Shown here piece after piece: positions 7,351-18,983 of a stretch of 64,000 nucleotides of DNA. Under the pieces are notes generated by a model. That model saw only the letters and a program-made list of their open reading frames with translations. It did not search any database and was not told the origin of the DNA. Each line of letters begins with the position of its first letter. The first letter of the stretch is position 1. The translations under genes were made by a program, and so were the position numbers. This DNA comes from an uncultured Verrucomicrobiae bacterium (GTDB lineage: Bacteria; Verrucomicrobiota; Verrucomicrobiia; Chthoniobacterales; UBA10450): positions 32,001-96,000 of the forward strand of contig CAVTMK010000001.1 of assembly GCA_963735805.1 (NCBI GenBank). The letters are read 5' to 3'.

Positions 7351-10254
7351 ACAGCCGGTCGATACCTATCGCAGGGTCGACATCGAACGGCTCGGCGTGC
7401 GCAGTGCCACTGACTTTGTTCAGAAGTTGCCCGTGGCTACTGGAGCGTCGATCAATGAAAACTTTAACAGCATCGGTGATGGCCGAACAGACATCGACCT
7501 GCGTGGTCTTGCTGCCAAAGAAACTCTTGTGTTGCAGGACGGACGCCGTCTCGCGCCTGATGGTTTTGCCGGCTATTACAACGACGCCAATGCTTTTTTC
7601 GGTGGTACAGTGGACCTCAACCTGTTTCCACTTGGGCTGATTGATCACATCGACATTCTGAAGGACGGCGCCTCGGCCATTTACGGCAGTGACGCGGTCG
7701 GTGGTGTGTTTAACGTTTGGTTGATCCACAGGTTTCGCGGCCTCGAAATTTATGCCAGCTACGGCAACACCAATCTCGGCGCCTCGAACGATCAGGGTGA
7801 AGAGCGAGCATACCTCCTTGCCGGCACCGGTGACGACAAGACGGACATTGTTGTTTACGCTGAGGTGTACAATCGCGCCGCCATCTACAACCGCGACCGG
7901 GACATTTCCTCTAACGCTGACTTTACCCGCTTTGGTGGTTCTGATAATCGGTCGGGCGACTTTGCCGGGCGTGTCGGAGACTTCGTTTACCAGCCGGGCC
8001 TCAACGGCGGTGCGGGGTCACCCACGCGACATGCATTTCCAGATGTAGCCAACGACCCGCAATACGTGCCACTCTCCAGTCTGCCGCGGGCGCAACAGCT
8101 CTTTAACTATAACGCTCTTACACCGGCAATGGCCCCAGTGGACCGTGAATACCTCTACGGCTCGCTCGACCACAAAATTTGCAACGAATATTTGGAGCTC
8201 TTTGCCGACTTTAAGTACGTGCGCGGGTTCTGGGACAGCGCCCTGGCGCCGCCTCCATTTTCTGGCCAGCCGCCGTTATTTTCAGCTACGCCGGACGTAT
8301 TCACGGATGCAATTCACCCCTTTGGAATAAGCGGCATTAATAATGGCATTAGCGTGCCGATTCAAAATCCTTTAATCCATTCACAGTAGCGGATTACACC
8401 TCTCCGGGAGGAGCGGACCCGAAATTTCCAGGGACTCAAGTAAGTGCTGCACCTCCCGGAATTCCGTTCACGACCGGCGTGCGTTACAGTGCGGGATTGC
8501 GTACCAACAAGATTACAACCCATAACTACGAGTTCACCGGCGGCCTCAAAGGTAATTTGGCGGAGTTCGGCGATTACTTTAAGACTTGGAACTGGGAAAG
8601 CGGGTTCCGCTATAACGAAGATCAGCGCATTCAGCGCTTTGGCGGGATCGTGGACAACAATGCGCTGCGCGCAGCGTTACTCGACACAAATCCGGCGACC
8701 GCCTTCAATCCGTTTAGCATTAGCCAGAACTCGCCCGCGGTGATTAATAAAATTTTTGTCACCACCCATCGCTTAGGCACGGCCTCGCTCATGCTCGAAG
8801 ACCTCAAGTTATATGGCAATCTCTGGAGTCTTCCAGCGGGGCCTATCTCCTTTGCGGCCGGTGATGAACACCGGAAAGAGACCGTCAACGATCAGCCTGA
8901 CGCGCTAACAGCTTCCGGTCAGACAACTGGCTCGCCTAACTTACTCTCAACCAAGGGCAGCCGTGATGTCTGGTCCATCTACTGGGAGGTTCGTGTTCCT
9001 GTTACTAGCCCTGCCTGGCACTGCTTTGGTCTCTACAGCCTGGAGTTAGGGTACCAGGAAAGATATGATAACTACAGCGATTTCGGTTCAACAGAAAAGC
9101 CGAAGGTCTTCTTTCGCTGGCAGCCAATCGATTCGTCGCTGACGTTGCGCGGGACTTATAACGAAGCGTTCCACGCTCCGGCCGTTTACGAATTGTATAC
9201 TTCGCAAGCTCAGCGGGCCGTGCTTGTGGATGATCCAGCGACAGTGCTTCCCGGCGATCCGCTTGGGCGAACGCCTGGTACCCCGCTGACTCCGCTGGGC
9301 ACTGGGATTAAAGGACTAATTGGCGGAAATCCGAACCTGCAGCCGGAGACGGCGTATGAATGGACCTACGGCATTGTTTGGACCCCCGCGAAATTTATCA
9401 AGGGACTCACCCTAAGCGCCGACTTTTACCACATCGATCTGCGCAACGTCATCGTCGATCGCGACGCCAACATCATTCTGTTTAATAACTGGGGTGGTAG
9501 CACGGGGACCCTGCCCAACGGCGCTCCGACGGGTGGTCCATTGTCGGAGCTGATTCAGCGCGACCCCATAACCGGAGCGGTCCTCAACGTAAATGCTGCC
9601 CTCCAGAACTTGAGCCGAGTCATTACCGAAGGTCTCGATTACGAGGCTAGCTATCAACTGGATACCTCGATCTTCGGCCGCGGCACCTTCGGAACATTCA
9701 CGTTCACCTTCAATGGCAACTACCTGGCTCGATATGTACTGCAGCCGAGCCCGGCGGCACGCAAAATTAATTTTGACAACCGGTTCATAGGACCAAGACT
9801 TGGCTCGCTCCCGAGAAACCGCTGGTATGCGAGCGTGTTTTACGATCTCGGCGGACTCGATGCCGGCGCGACCGTCCACTGCATTGGGCAGTATTGGGAC
9901 GCTGACTTCGTACGCAAGGTCCGTGAATGGACGACACTGGATCTGATCGTCAACTACACGTTTAATTTGCCTGCTTCTGCGGCGCAAAACGAAGTCGCCG
10001 GATATGCAAGGGATGGCGGCAAGAACACGGAGTTGAAAGACGGCAAGGGAAAGAACGTCATGCCGGTCTTTACAGCGGAGTATAATCCATGTGGCTGGCG
10101 CGCATGGCTCAATAACACCACCGTCACGCTTGGCATGAACAACGTGTTCGACCAGGATCCGCCCTTTGTCAGCGACCTGGAAAACGGCTACGACCAATTC
10201 ACAGCCAATATCAGGGGGCGAACCTGGTATGTGGCATTGACGAAGCGGTTCTAA
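7169..10254 (+). CDS. TonB-dependent receptor 1 (one frameshift at ~8371)
   Basis: Signal peptide, EVIVTGS TonB box, plug motifs (DLRGL, LKDGASAIYGSDAVGGV), GGNPNLQPE, C-terminal KRF. ORFs 7016-8389 and 8479-10254 join if one T is added at 8371-8373 (QNPFNPFTVAD). Confidence 0.88.
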
Positions 10255-10278
10255 AGCTCGTGCGTCTCGAGACAGAGT

Positions 10279-10693
10279 GGAATTACCGATGCTGTTTCCA
10301 GCTCCAGATCAGCTCGCTCCTGAACCCAGTGGTGCCCGATAAATTCGTTATGCTGTAGCGGCGGCCTGGACTGTCATTCGAATCGCAATCAACAGGATGA
10401 TGCTTTCCTTCGACCCCGCGCCGGGCAGAAGGCGAGGATGGGTCCAAATGAACCTTGTTGTTTGTCGGGAACTTTGCTAAGACGACGCAAGTCTAACGAA
10501 AGAGGCTTGTCATCAAGCGACCATTCATCCGCAGTGCCGAATGGGGCATATTCGGAGCTCCTTTGCTTCTGGCCTCGATCTCATTTGGCCAGGAGACTGT
10601 GTCCACATCTCGGGACGCTGACCAACGTGTCGCCATAGTAGCGGAGGTGATCGTGACTGGCTCAAACATTCCGACGGCGGAAGAAGTCGGCCC
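10279..10693 (+). repeat. ~415 bp direct repeat, copy 2
   Basis: Contains a kinase C-terminal remnant ELPMLFPAPDQLAPEPSGAR*, the promoter and the TBDR signal region. Confidence 0.92.
10468..10496 (+). promoter_or_regulatory. SigmaE-type ECF promoter GGAACTT-N16-GTCTAA (copy 2)
   Basis: Identical to 7124-7152. Confidence 0.7.
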
Positions 10694-13600
10694 GAACCCA
10701 GTGGATACGTATCGTCCGGCGGACATCGAAAAACTGGGCATTCGCAACGCGACGGACCTGACAACTTTTCTGCCGCAGGAGGCGGGCGGCACCGTGAACC
10801 TGAACATCGCCAATGGCGGTGACGGTACTGTCCAATTCAACCTGCGCGGCTTGTTGGCCAAAGAAACCCTCGTGCTTGTTGACGGAAAACGTGTCGCCTT
10901 TGGTTCATTGAACGGCGTCGGGTTCGGCAGCGGTGCGGACATTAACCTGATTCCGTTTCCAATGATTGATCACGTCGACATCTTGAAGGATGGCGCGTCG
11001 GCAGTGTATGGCTCCGACGCGGTCGCGGGCGTGGTTAACTTCTTTTTGGTCCACAAGTTCCGTGGGCTGGAGATCGGGGGGAGTTACGGGAATACAGACC
11101 TCGGAGCGTCCAATGACATGGGCGAATGGGAGGCATGGTTGAAAGCCGGCACCGGAGATGACAAGACAGATATTGTTGTTATCGCCGATTTCTGGGAGCG
11201 TACCGGCGGGGTTTTCAGTCGCTGACCGGGACATTTCCAGTAACGCGCTTTCAAATACCCTGGGGAGGATTCGACAATCGCAGCGGGGGCTTTCCTGGCC
11301 ACATTGGAGGCTTTTTCCCAGGCTTGCGGTTAATCCCGAGCCATATTTTTCGGCCCGGGCGGTACGCCGGTACCCGGCGTGAACACGCCGCTTCCGCACT
11401 CCGCACCAAACGCGGCGACTTCGCCATTTTATAAGACAGCCTACTTTCCTTTTTTGGGTATTCCACCGGGAACGCCGGGTCTCATTAATCCCAATGCGTA
11501 TCCGGGCGCTCCTGGTATCATCGGGCACCATGCAATGCAATTTGTCCCACAAGCCGGTACCGATTATAAGGGGGGCGGCGACTACTTCTTCTTTAACTTT
11601 GCCGCTTTCACGCCGGCGCTTCCGACAGCGGACCGTCAGAGCTTCTACGGTTCGTTCATGCGCGACGTGTGCGACAAATACCTGACGGTGTTTGCCGACT
11701 TTAAATATGTCCGCTCATTTTTCGATGCGTCTCTTGCCGCAGTGTCGATCATTCCCGATCCATTCGGCGTTACTCCAATTCAGAGGGGTGGCAGTGTGCC
11801 AATCCAGAATCCGTTTAACCCGTTCACCGTCGCTGATGCGACTATTCCGGGTTTTTTTCCCGACGGAGGCGGTCTGCCCGTAACTACTGGGGTTCAGTTT
11901 CGCGGCATCAACGACACCGGTCCCAGACATGAAAAGTTCACCTACTGGGATTCGCTGTTCGATGTCGGGCTACGAGGCGAGATGGGGGAATTTGGCGATT
12001 ATTTCAAGACTTGGAACTGGGAAGCTGGGTTTTCGTTATTCCCGGAATGAAGGACAGAACTTGTCTGTCGGTGAAATGAGCCAGCCTGGGTTGCGGGAAG
12101 CACTCTTGGACACGGACCCGGCCACGGCGTTTGATCCGTTCCTGAATCTGACTGCCCACAACACGAAGGCAGCCAGAAGCCGAGTTTACGTCACCCTTCA
12201 TAACTCAGGCGAATATGAGTTGCCTATGGGTTATGCCACTGTTAACGGCGACCTGTTCAACCTTCCCGCCGGGCCTGTCTCCTTTGCTCTGGGCGGTGAG
12301 TATGATGCGCCGAGGTGGACGCGCGATCGTGACGCGCTTAACACAACGTTTCAAAGCATTGGCTCGACGAATGGAGAAAGCGCACGGGTGAACCGCGACG
12401 TTTGGTCAATCTATCAGGAAGTGCGGGTACCTTTCACCAGCCCCACCTGGTACTTCCCAGGATTCTACAGTTTCGAAGTTGACTTTGCCGAACGCGAGGA
12501 ATGGTACAGCCAGAACACCTCTGCAGTCCTAGCGTCGGGAGATTTCCCATTTCAGCCGGCGACGCACAGCCAGTATAATGCTCAGAAGCCAAAAGTTTCA
12601 GTTCGCTGGCAGTCGCTTGATCCAAAATATATCGGCGCCCTTACCTTGCGTGGCAGCTACACCGAAGCGTTTCATGCTCCGTCCCTATCGGAGATTTCAC
12701 CCGCTTCCACAGAGGGGTTCGACGTAGGACCCGTTTTCGACCCATTAACAAACCAGTCCTATTTGTTCGGGAATCGAATTATAGGAAACCCCAACCTAAA
12801 GCCGGAGGTGGCCTACGAATGGTCTTACGGGGCCGTTTACAGCCCGAAATGGATCAAGGGCCTGACGCTCAGCGCGGATTGGTGGCATATTGATATGCGA
12901 TCGATCGCATCGCTCCTCGGCTCGCAATTCACTGTTGACCTTAATAATCCCGATCTAGTTATCCGTGGTCCTCCTACGATTCCTGGTAGACCGGGACCAA
13001 TCATTTTGGTCATTGATCCCAACGAAAACCTCACTGGCGCGATTTTTGAAGGTCTCGACTACGAAGCAATCTATATTCTGGACTCTTCGATCTTTGGCCA
13101 GGGGGATTTCGGCAGACTAACGGCAACGCTCAACGGCACGTGGCTGTCCCGGGCCGAGCTTCAGATTTTGCCTGATACAAAACGGTTCGGTATCGCGGGC
13201 GAGTTTATTCCGCCGGGGTTTACCCTGACCAGCTCGCTGCCATGGAACCGCGCCAATTTCAGTCTGTTCTACGACGGTCCAGTCGACACCTGGCTGGCTG
13301 GTTCGGATATCGGTGCGGTAGTCCACTACACGGGCCAATACGAAGATGACAATGTCAGTCTGACAGGATCGCCGAAACCACAAATGCCAAGAAGTGGGCC
13401 TTCGCCTTGGCGAGCGCGGAAGGTGTCCGCATGGACTACGCTCGATCTTATTACATCGTATACGTTCAACCTACCGCCACCTGCGTCCGGCCCCGGTGCC
13501 GGGCCTTGCCAAGGATGGAGGCAAAGAATGTGAAGATGAAGGACGGCAAGGAGAAAAATGTCATACCTGTATCCACTGCTGAGTACAATCCCTGTGGATG

Positions 13601-13760
13601 GCGCGCATGGTTGAATAACATGACACTTACTCTTGGGATGCAGAACGTGTTAGACACAGATCCGCCGTTTGTGGCCGGCAGCTTCGAGAACGGCTACGAT
13701 GAATCGCTTGCCACGATCAAAGGCCGGTTCTGGTACGTCCAGCTAAAGAAAAGATTCTAA
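10512..13760 (+). CDS. TonB-dependent receptor 2 (six +1 frameshifts; sequencing error or pseudogene)
   Basis: TonB box, plug, GNPNLKPE, C-terminal KKRF. The frame is restored by removing single bases near 11223, 11248, 11342, 12030, 13490 and 13525. Confidence 0.82.
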
Positions 13761-13974
13761 GCAGTTCTGACTTAAGTCAGCGCGTCAGCGTCAGACCTCC
13801 GAATCCTCGGTACATGTGATTCAAAGTCAGGTTAAATTTCAGAGAGCAAATTTTCCGGTGGTACGAATTCAGCTACCGAAAATCTGACTGTGAATCACCT
13901 GCGTTTGCAGACGCTCGAACAGCACACCTGAGGAAATTCCTGAAAGAGTCCTTGGGCTAAATCCGCTCCAGAAC

Positions 13975-15120
13975 CTACAGCATCAGCGCGACGAGCCGGC
14001 TGCGGCTGGGGACTTCGAGCTTGCGAAAGACCGCATGGAGATGCTTTTTCACCATCGGCAAACTCAAACACGCGTCGCAGGCGATCTCTTTGTTGCTTCG
14101 TCCCTCGCAAGCCAGCTGTGCAACTTCCCGCTCCCGCCTTGTCAGCCGGACACAAGCTCGCAAATGGGATTTTACCAAGCGTGCAGAGTGATCTCCGTTC
14201 CGCCATAAGTCTTCGCATTTAATAATGAAATGCGGTGGCGCCATGCATGCGGACTTAAGCTCTTTCAGATGAATCGTTGCCCGCAAATGAGGCAGTCGCG
14301 GATGATGCACATCTTCTTCTTTCAATTCTCGTTGGAGCCCCGAACGCGGTTGGAATTGCGCACTCGTCCATCGTTCCTTGAGAACATGGCATCGATCCAA
14401 AATTTCAGAAGGAATGGGCGATGTCGCTTTTGTCCGTTTCGCTTCTTCCGGTCCCTTTTCCCACAGCGCGCAGAACTCACGCGCGGCCGGGTTCTGATAA
14501 ATCGGTCTCAAGTTCCACCGCAAAATGATTGTCGGCATTGGCAATCGGCTCAGAAATTCTTCAAAGTCCATCCGCACCGAGTGTTCACGCTCGAGCGGTC
14601 CGAGCCGGCGGAGGGCCGTCTGAAACTGCGGATAAAGCTGCCGGAGTAATTTCATTTCCGCCGGAGAAAAATCGCCTTGCCTCTCCGTGCGCATGATTGC
14701 GATCCCGCAAATGAGTCTCCGGCGTTTCCAAAAGAAGAGAATGGCGCCGTGAGCGCATTTGTGCGTCGCGAGATAGTGGCGATAAAGGAACGACCTGACG
14801 AAGCAACGATGGTTGCCGAAAAGGTCGCTCAGACGCACCAACTTCTTGCGTGCCGGCTCGGCGGCGTAACTCTTGAGAGGTTCTACCGCGAAGAACCCGC
14901 GAGACACTGGTCGCGTCCATCTTGCGACAATGGGCAAAACCGGACTTGATTGAAGCGTCAGGCCAATCACGCGATTCGATATTGCCGTGGCCAGCAACTG
15001 CTGAGTGGCTCTCCAAAATGAGTTCACATCCATGGTCCGGTGCAACTTGAGCAGAGGCTTTTCCAATGCCGGATCTACTACCGGCTCATCCTTGCTGACA
15101 GCAGTGCGTTCTCCCTTCAC
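13975..15120 (-). CDS. LuxR-family transcriptional regulator with N-terminal GAF/PAS-like region
   Basis: C-terminal LTRREREVAQLACEGRSNKEIA...VKKHLHAVFRKLEVPSR helix-turn-helix. Confidence 0.88.
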   Translation of the reverse strand: MKGERTAVSKDEPVVDPALEKPLLKLHRTMDVNSFWRATQQLLATAISNRVIGLTLQSSPVLPIVARWTRPVSRGFFAVEPLKSYAAEPARKKLVRLSDLFGNHRCFVRSFLYRHYLATHKCAHGAILFFWKRRRLICGIAIMRTERQGDFSPAEMKLLRQLYPQFQTALRRLGPLEREHSVRMDFEEFLSRLPMPTIILRWNLRPIYQNPAAREFCALWEKGPEEAKRTKATSPIPSEILDRCHVLKERWTSAQFQPRSGLQRELKEEDVHHPRLPHLRATIHLKELKSACMAPPHFIIKCEDLWRNGDHSARLVKSHLRACVRLTRREREVAQLACEGRSNKEIACDACLSLPMVKKHLHAVFRKLEVPSRSRLVALML

Positions 15121-15326
15121 GTGTTGCTCTCGCGTGCGCGCGCATCCGAAAATCGTTGTTTCTCAACTCGTGCGCGTCTCTTAAAAAGACCACGCTCGTA
15201 CCGGCAGCGTTCAACAATCGCCCTGATAAAAAGGCAACCTAAGTTACCTCGCGATTATCAAGCGATGCGCGACTGTCCACTTTACAAAAAGAAAGGAAAA
15301 CAAAAAACAGAAAGGGAACTAGGGAA

Positions 15327-15617
15327 ATGAAACTACAAATCAACGTGCCGGTAAGCGGCCTGGACTTGGCAGGCTTGCTTCAGGGTGAAGAAGGATTGTT
15401 CCTCTGCCAAAACAGAGGGCAAGACTACATCGCTGTGGCAAAGGCTGGTCACTCGATCGCTTACGGGCCGACACCAATCGGGCGCGTCATCATAGAACAG
15501 CCGTCAAGCAGCCTGGGACCGGAGCCTTGGTTCGTCACCAAAATTAGCAACTCGACTGAGTTTGCCGAATTCCGTGGGACAACCGGAGTGCTGGGCGGCA
15601 GCAGAGAGACGCGCTAA
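15327..15617 (+). CDS. Hypothetical small protein (96 aa)
   Basis: Purine-rich RBS region, divergent from LuxR, followed by a strong terminator. Confidence 0.65.
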   Translation: MKLQINVPVSGLDLAGLLQGEEGLFLCQNRGQDYIAVAKAGHSIAYGPTPIGRVIIEQPSSSLGPEPWFVTKISNSTEFAEFRGTTGVLGGSRETR

Positions 15618-15645
15618 AGCAAAAAAAGCAAAGGCTCGGAAAACT

Positions 15646-15685
15646 CAAAAGCCTCGGTGGGAAGCCCACCGAGGCTTTTGTTTTT
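15646..15685. terminator. Bidirectional intrinsic terminator
   Basis: CAAAAGCCTCGGTGGG-AAG-CCCACCGAGGCTTTTG followed by TTTTT, between convergent genes. Confidence 0.88.
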
Positions 15686-15722
15686 CTCCCCAGCGCGCGA
15701 GCGCGTCCTACAAAACGTTAAA

Positions 15723-18700
15723 TCACGCCTGTTTCCAATCGTTGCCCTCTCCATCCGACGCGAGCGCCGGTGCCATTTCCGGCGTACGCTCCTCTTCTTC
15801 GGGTACGCCTTCCCAGCCTACGTCCATCAGAGATTTCTCGTGATGCTCTTTTGCGATGAGCATGTAAAGCGACGGCACAATGAACAGAGTGAAGATCGTT
15901 CCGATCGTCATTCCGCCAACAAGCACAAGACCGATCGAGTTTCGCGCTGCCGCGCCGGCGCCGGTCACGAGCGTGAGTGGAAAGTGACCTGCGACTGTCG
16001 CCACGCTCGTCATCATGATGGGACGCAGACGAATGCGCGCGGCTTGCGCGACCGCCGCCAGCTTTGTCAAACCTTGCCGTTGCAGTTCGTTCGCGAACTG
16101 GACAATGAGAATGCCGTTCTTGGAAACGAGACCAACCAAGGTAACCAGACCGACCTGAGAATAGATGTTGAATGAGGTCGTCCAATTATCTGTGAAAAAC
16201 TTGCCGAAAGGCATCTTCAAAAACATGAATATTGCCGCACCGAACAGTGCCAGCGGTACCGAGCCCAGCAGAATGATCAACGGATCACGGAAGCTGTTGA
16301 ACTGTGCAGCGAGGACAAGGAAAATGAGCAGAACCGCCAGCAAGAAAACTCCGAGGAAGCTATTCCCTTCCAGTCGCAGTTGGCGAGAACCCCCGGTGTA
16401 ATCAACCACATACCCTGCAGGGAGGATCTGGCGCGCTTCGTTTTCCAGAAACTTGAGCGTTGCATCGACCGAACCTGTCGGAACGCCGCTGATTGTAACG
16501 GCGTTAAGTTGCTGCATGCGATTAAGCGAACGCGCGACCGTTTTGTGTTCGATCTGGGCAATAGTGCTTAGCGGTATTAGCTGGCTGTTCGGCCCGGTGA
16601 CGTAAATGTCGTTAAGCTGCTCCGGATTCAGCCGATCAACCCGTTTGATTTGCGGAATAACCTTATAGCTGAGGCCATCCATATTGAACCAGTTGACGTA
16701 ATTCCCACCGATGCTGGCGGAGAGATCGGCACCGATCTGCTGCATGTTCAGCCCCATCGCCGAAATTTTGTCATGATCGAGAACGATCTGCGCCTGGGGT
16801 TGGTCGATCTTGGTGTCGATGTCGCCGAACTGGAACATGTGCGCCTTCATTGCCTTTTGGAAAATCTCCTTGGCAAATTCCAGAATGCGCTCCTGATCAG
16901 CGGTGGAAGCGATGATGAAACTAACCGGAAAGTTGTCCGAACCCGGCAACGCTTCGGGCATAATCGGGAACATTTGAATCGCCGGGATACCCGCCAGCTT
17001 TTGCTGAACGATTGGCAGATAATTTTTCGTCGGGACCTTTCGCGTGCCCCACGGTTTTAGCACCATGCCGCCAAAGCCGCTGCTGGGTGAAGTAATTTGA
17101 AATGTGAATCGAGTATCCGGAATATCGTGGAAAATCTTCCCAGCGGCGTCTGCATAACGAATCGTGTCGTCGATTGTCGCGTTAGCCGGCGCGGTGATAA
17201 TGCCAAAGATAACCCCTTGATCTTCTTTGGGAGCCAGCTCCTTCGTCGCCACTTTGGGTATCGCAACGAACATCAGCAAGGCGAGAACTGAAATTCCTCC
17301 CCAGACGATGTAAACAGCCGGCCGGGCGTTTAACGTACTGTCTAAATGTTTCCCATACCACTCGCGCACCCGATCGAAAGTGACGATCAACCCAGCCTTT
17401 GAACCCGGTTTCCACATGATGAGGCGGCAGCAGGTACGCCGACATCATCGGCGATAAAACCAGCGCGACGACACCGGAGATAAAAACCGCTCCGGCAAGC
17501 GTCATTGCAAATTCGCGGAACAGTGCGCCCGTCAGGCCACCTTGCAATGCGATGGGCGTGTACACGGCTGCCAAGGTGATGGTCATCGCGATGATCGGAC
17601 CGATCAGCTCGCGCGCGCCAACGAGTGCCGCGTTCATGCGCGACATTCCGTCCGCAATGTGGCGTTCAATATTTTCAACCACAACGATCGCGTCATCGAC
17701 CACCAATCCGACTGAGAGAACAATCGCGAGCAGAGTGAGCAGGTTTAGTGTGAAACCGAACACCTGCATGAGAAACAACGCGCCGATGAGCGAAATGGGG
17801 ATCGCAACCACCGGCACAATGACGGACCGGAACGACCCGAGGAACAAAAAGATTACGATCATCACGATGACCAAGGTGTCGATCAGCGTTTTTACGACTT
17901 CGTGAATGGCGTCGTTGATGTAGGCCGTAGCGTCGTAGGCCATTTCCGCCGTCATTCCAGTCGGCAGCTCCTTCTTGATTTGATCGAGCTCGACCCGAAC
18001 GCGTTTGATTACATCCAACGAGTTCGCATTCGGCAGCACCCAAATACCCATGAACACGGCTTTCTGTCCGGAGAAACGCACTTCCGTGTCGTAGTCTTCT
18101 GCGCCGAGAACGACGTCGGCGATATCGCCCAGCCGAATCAACGTGTTTTTATCCTGTCGGACGACGAGTTTCTTAAACTCATCGGCCGTGTGCAGATCGG
18201 TATTTGCCGTCAGGTTGACCTGAAGGAGCGAGCCTTTGGTATTTCCAACCGCTGCCAGGAAGTTGTTCTTCGCCAGGATGTCCCGGACTTGCGACGGACT
18301 GATGTTTAGCGCAGCCATCCGGTCAGGTTTCATCCAGATCCGCATTGCAAACGTTCGGCCGCCAAGAATGTCTGCCTTTTGCACACCCGCTATCGCGGTC
18401 AGGCGTGGTTGCACGAGCCGGACCAGATAATCGGTGACCTCGTTAGGCTGCAAAATATTGGAGGTAAAGCTGAGATAAGCCGAAGCGAATTGGGAATCAG
18501 CCGCTTGAATCGCGATCACCGGAATTTGCGATTCCGGCGGCAGATTGTTACGAATCGCGTCAACTCGCGCGCTGATATCCGACAGCGCCTTGTTCGCGTC
18601 ATAGTTCAATTTCAGGCGGGCGGTGACAAGAGATTGCCCCTGCGTGCTCTGAGATTGGATGTAATCGATGCCGTCCGCAGCCGCCATCGCGCGCTCGATC

Positions 18701-18897
18701 GGAGTGGTGATAAATCCTCGAACGAGCTCAGCGTCGGCACCAACGTAAATCGTGGTCACTGTGATCGCAGCGATGTCGCTGCGTGGATATTGCCGCACAT
18801 TCAGGTTCTTCATCGCCTGCAAGCCGGCAATGAGAATGACGAAGCTCACCACTATCGCCAGCACTGGCCGTTTGATGAATAGATCGGTAAACTTCAT
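15723..18897 (-). CDS. RND efflux permease (AcrB/MexW/MexI-like), one frameshift at ~17378
   Basis: MKFTDLFIKRPV, GLVVDDAIVVVEN, KNGILIV, RLRPIMMT. The two ORFs join (WVDRHFDRVREW) if one base is removed at 17377-17379. Confidence 0.9.
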
Positions 18898-18983
18898 TTC
18901 CTAATCCCTCTGCGCTCTTCCTGTATCATTGCGCTGAGTTTCATTCGGTTTGGAACTTCGACATACACAGTGCGAACCTGCCG

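Noticed and set aside
11223..11225. Selenocysteine or readthrough at the TGA in TBDR2
   Set aside because: Homology continues in a different frame, so this is an inserted base and not a recoded stop.
17370..17385. Programmed frameshift in the RND gene
   Set aside because: No slippery heptamer or stimulatory structure; it fits the local indel error pattern.
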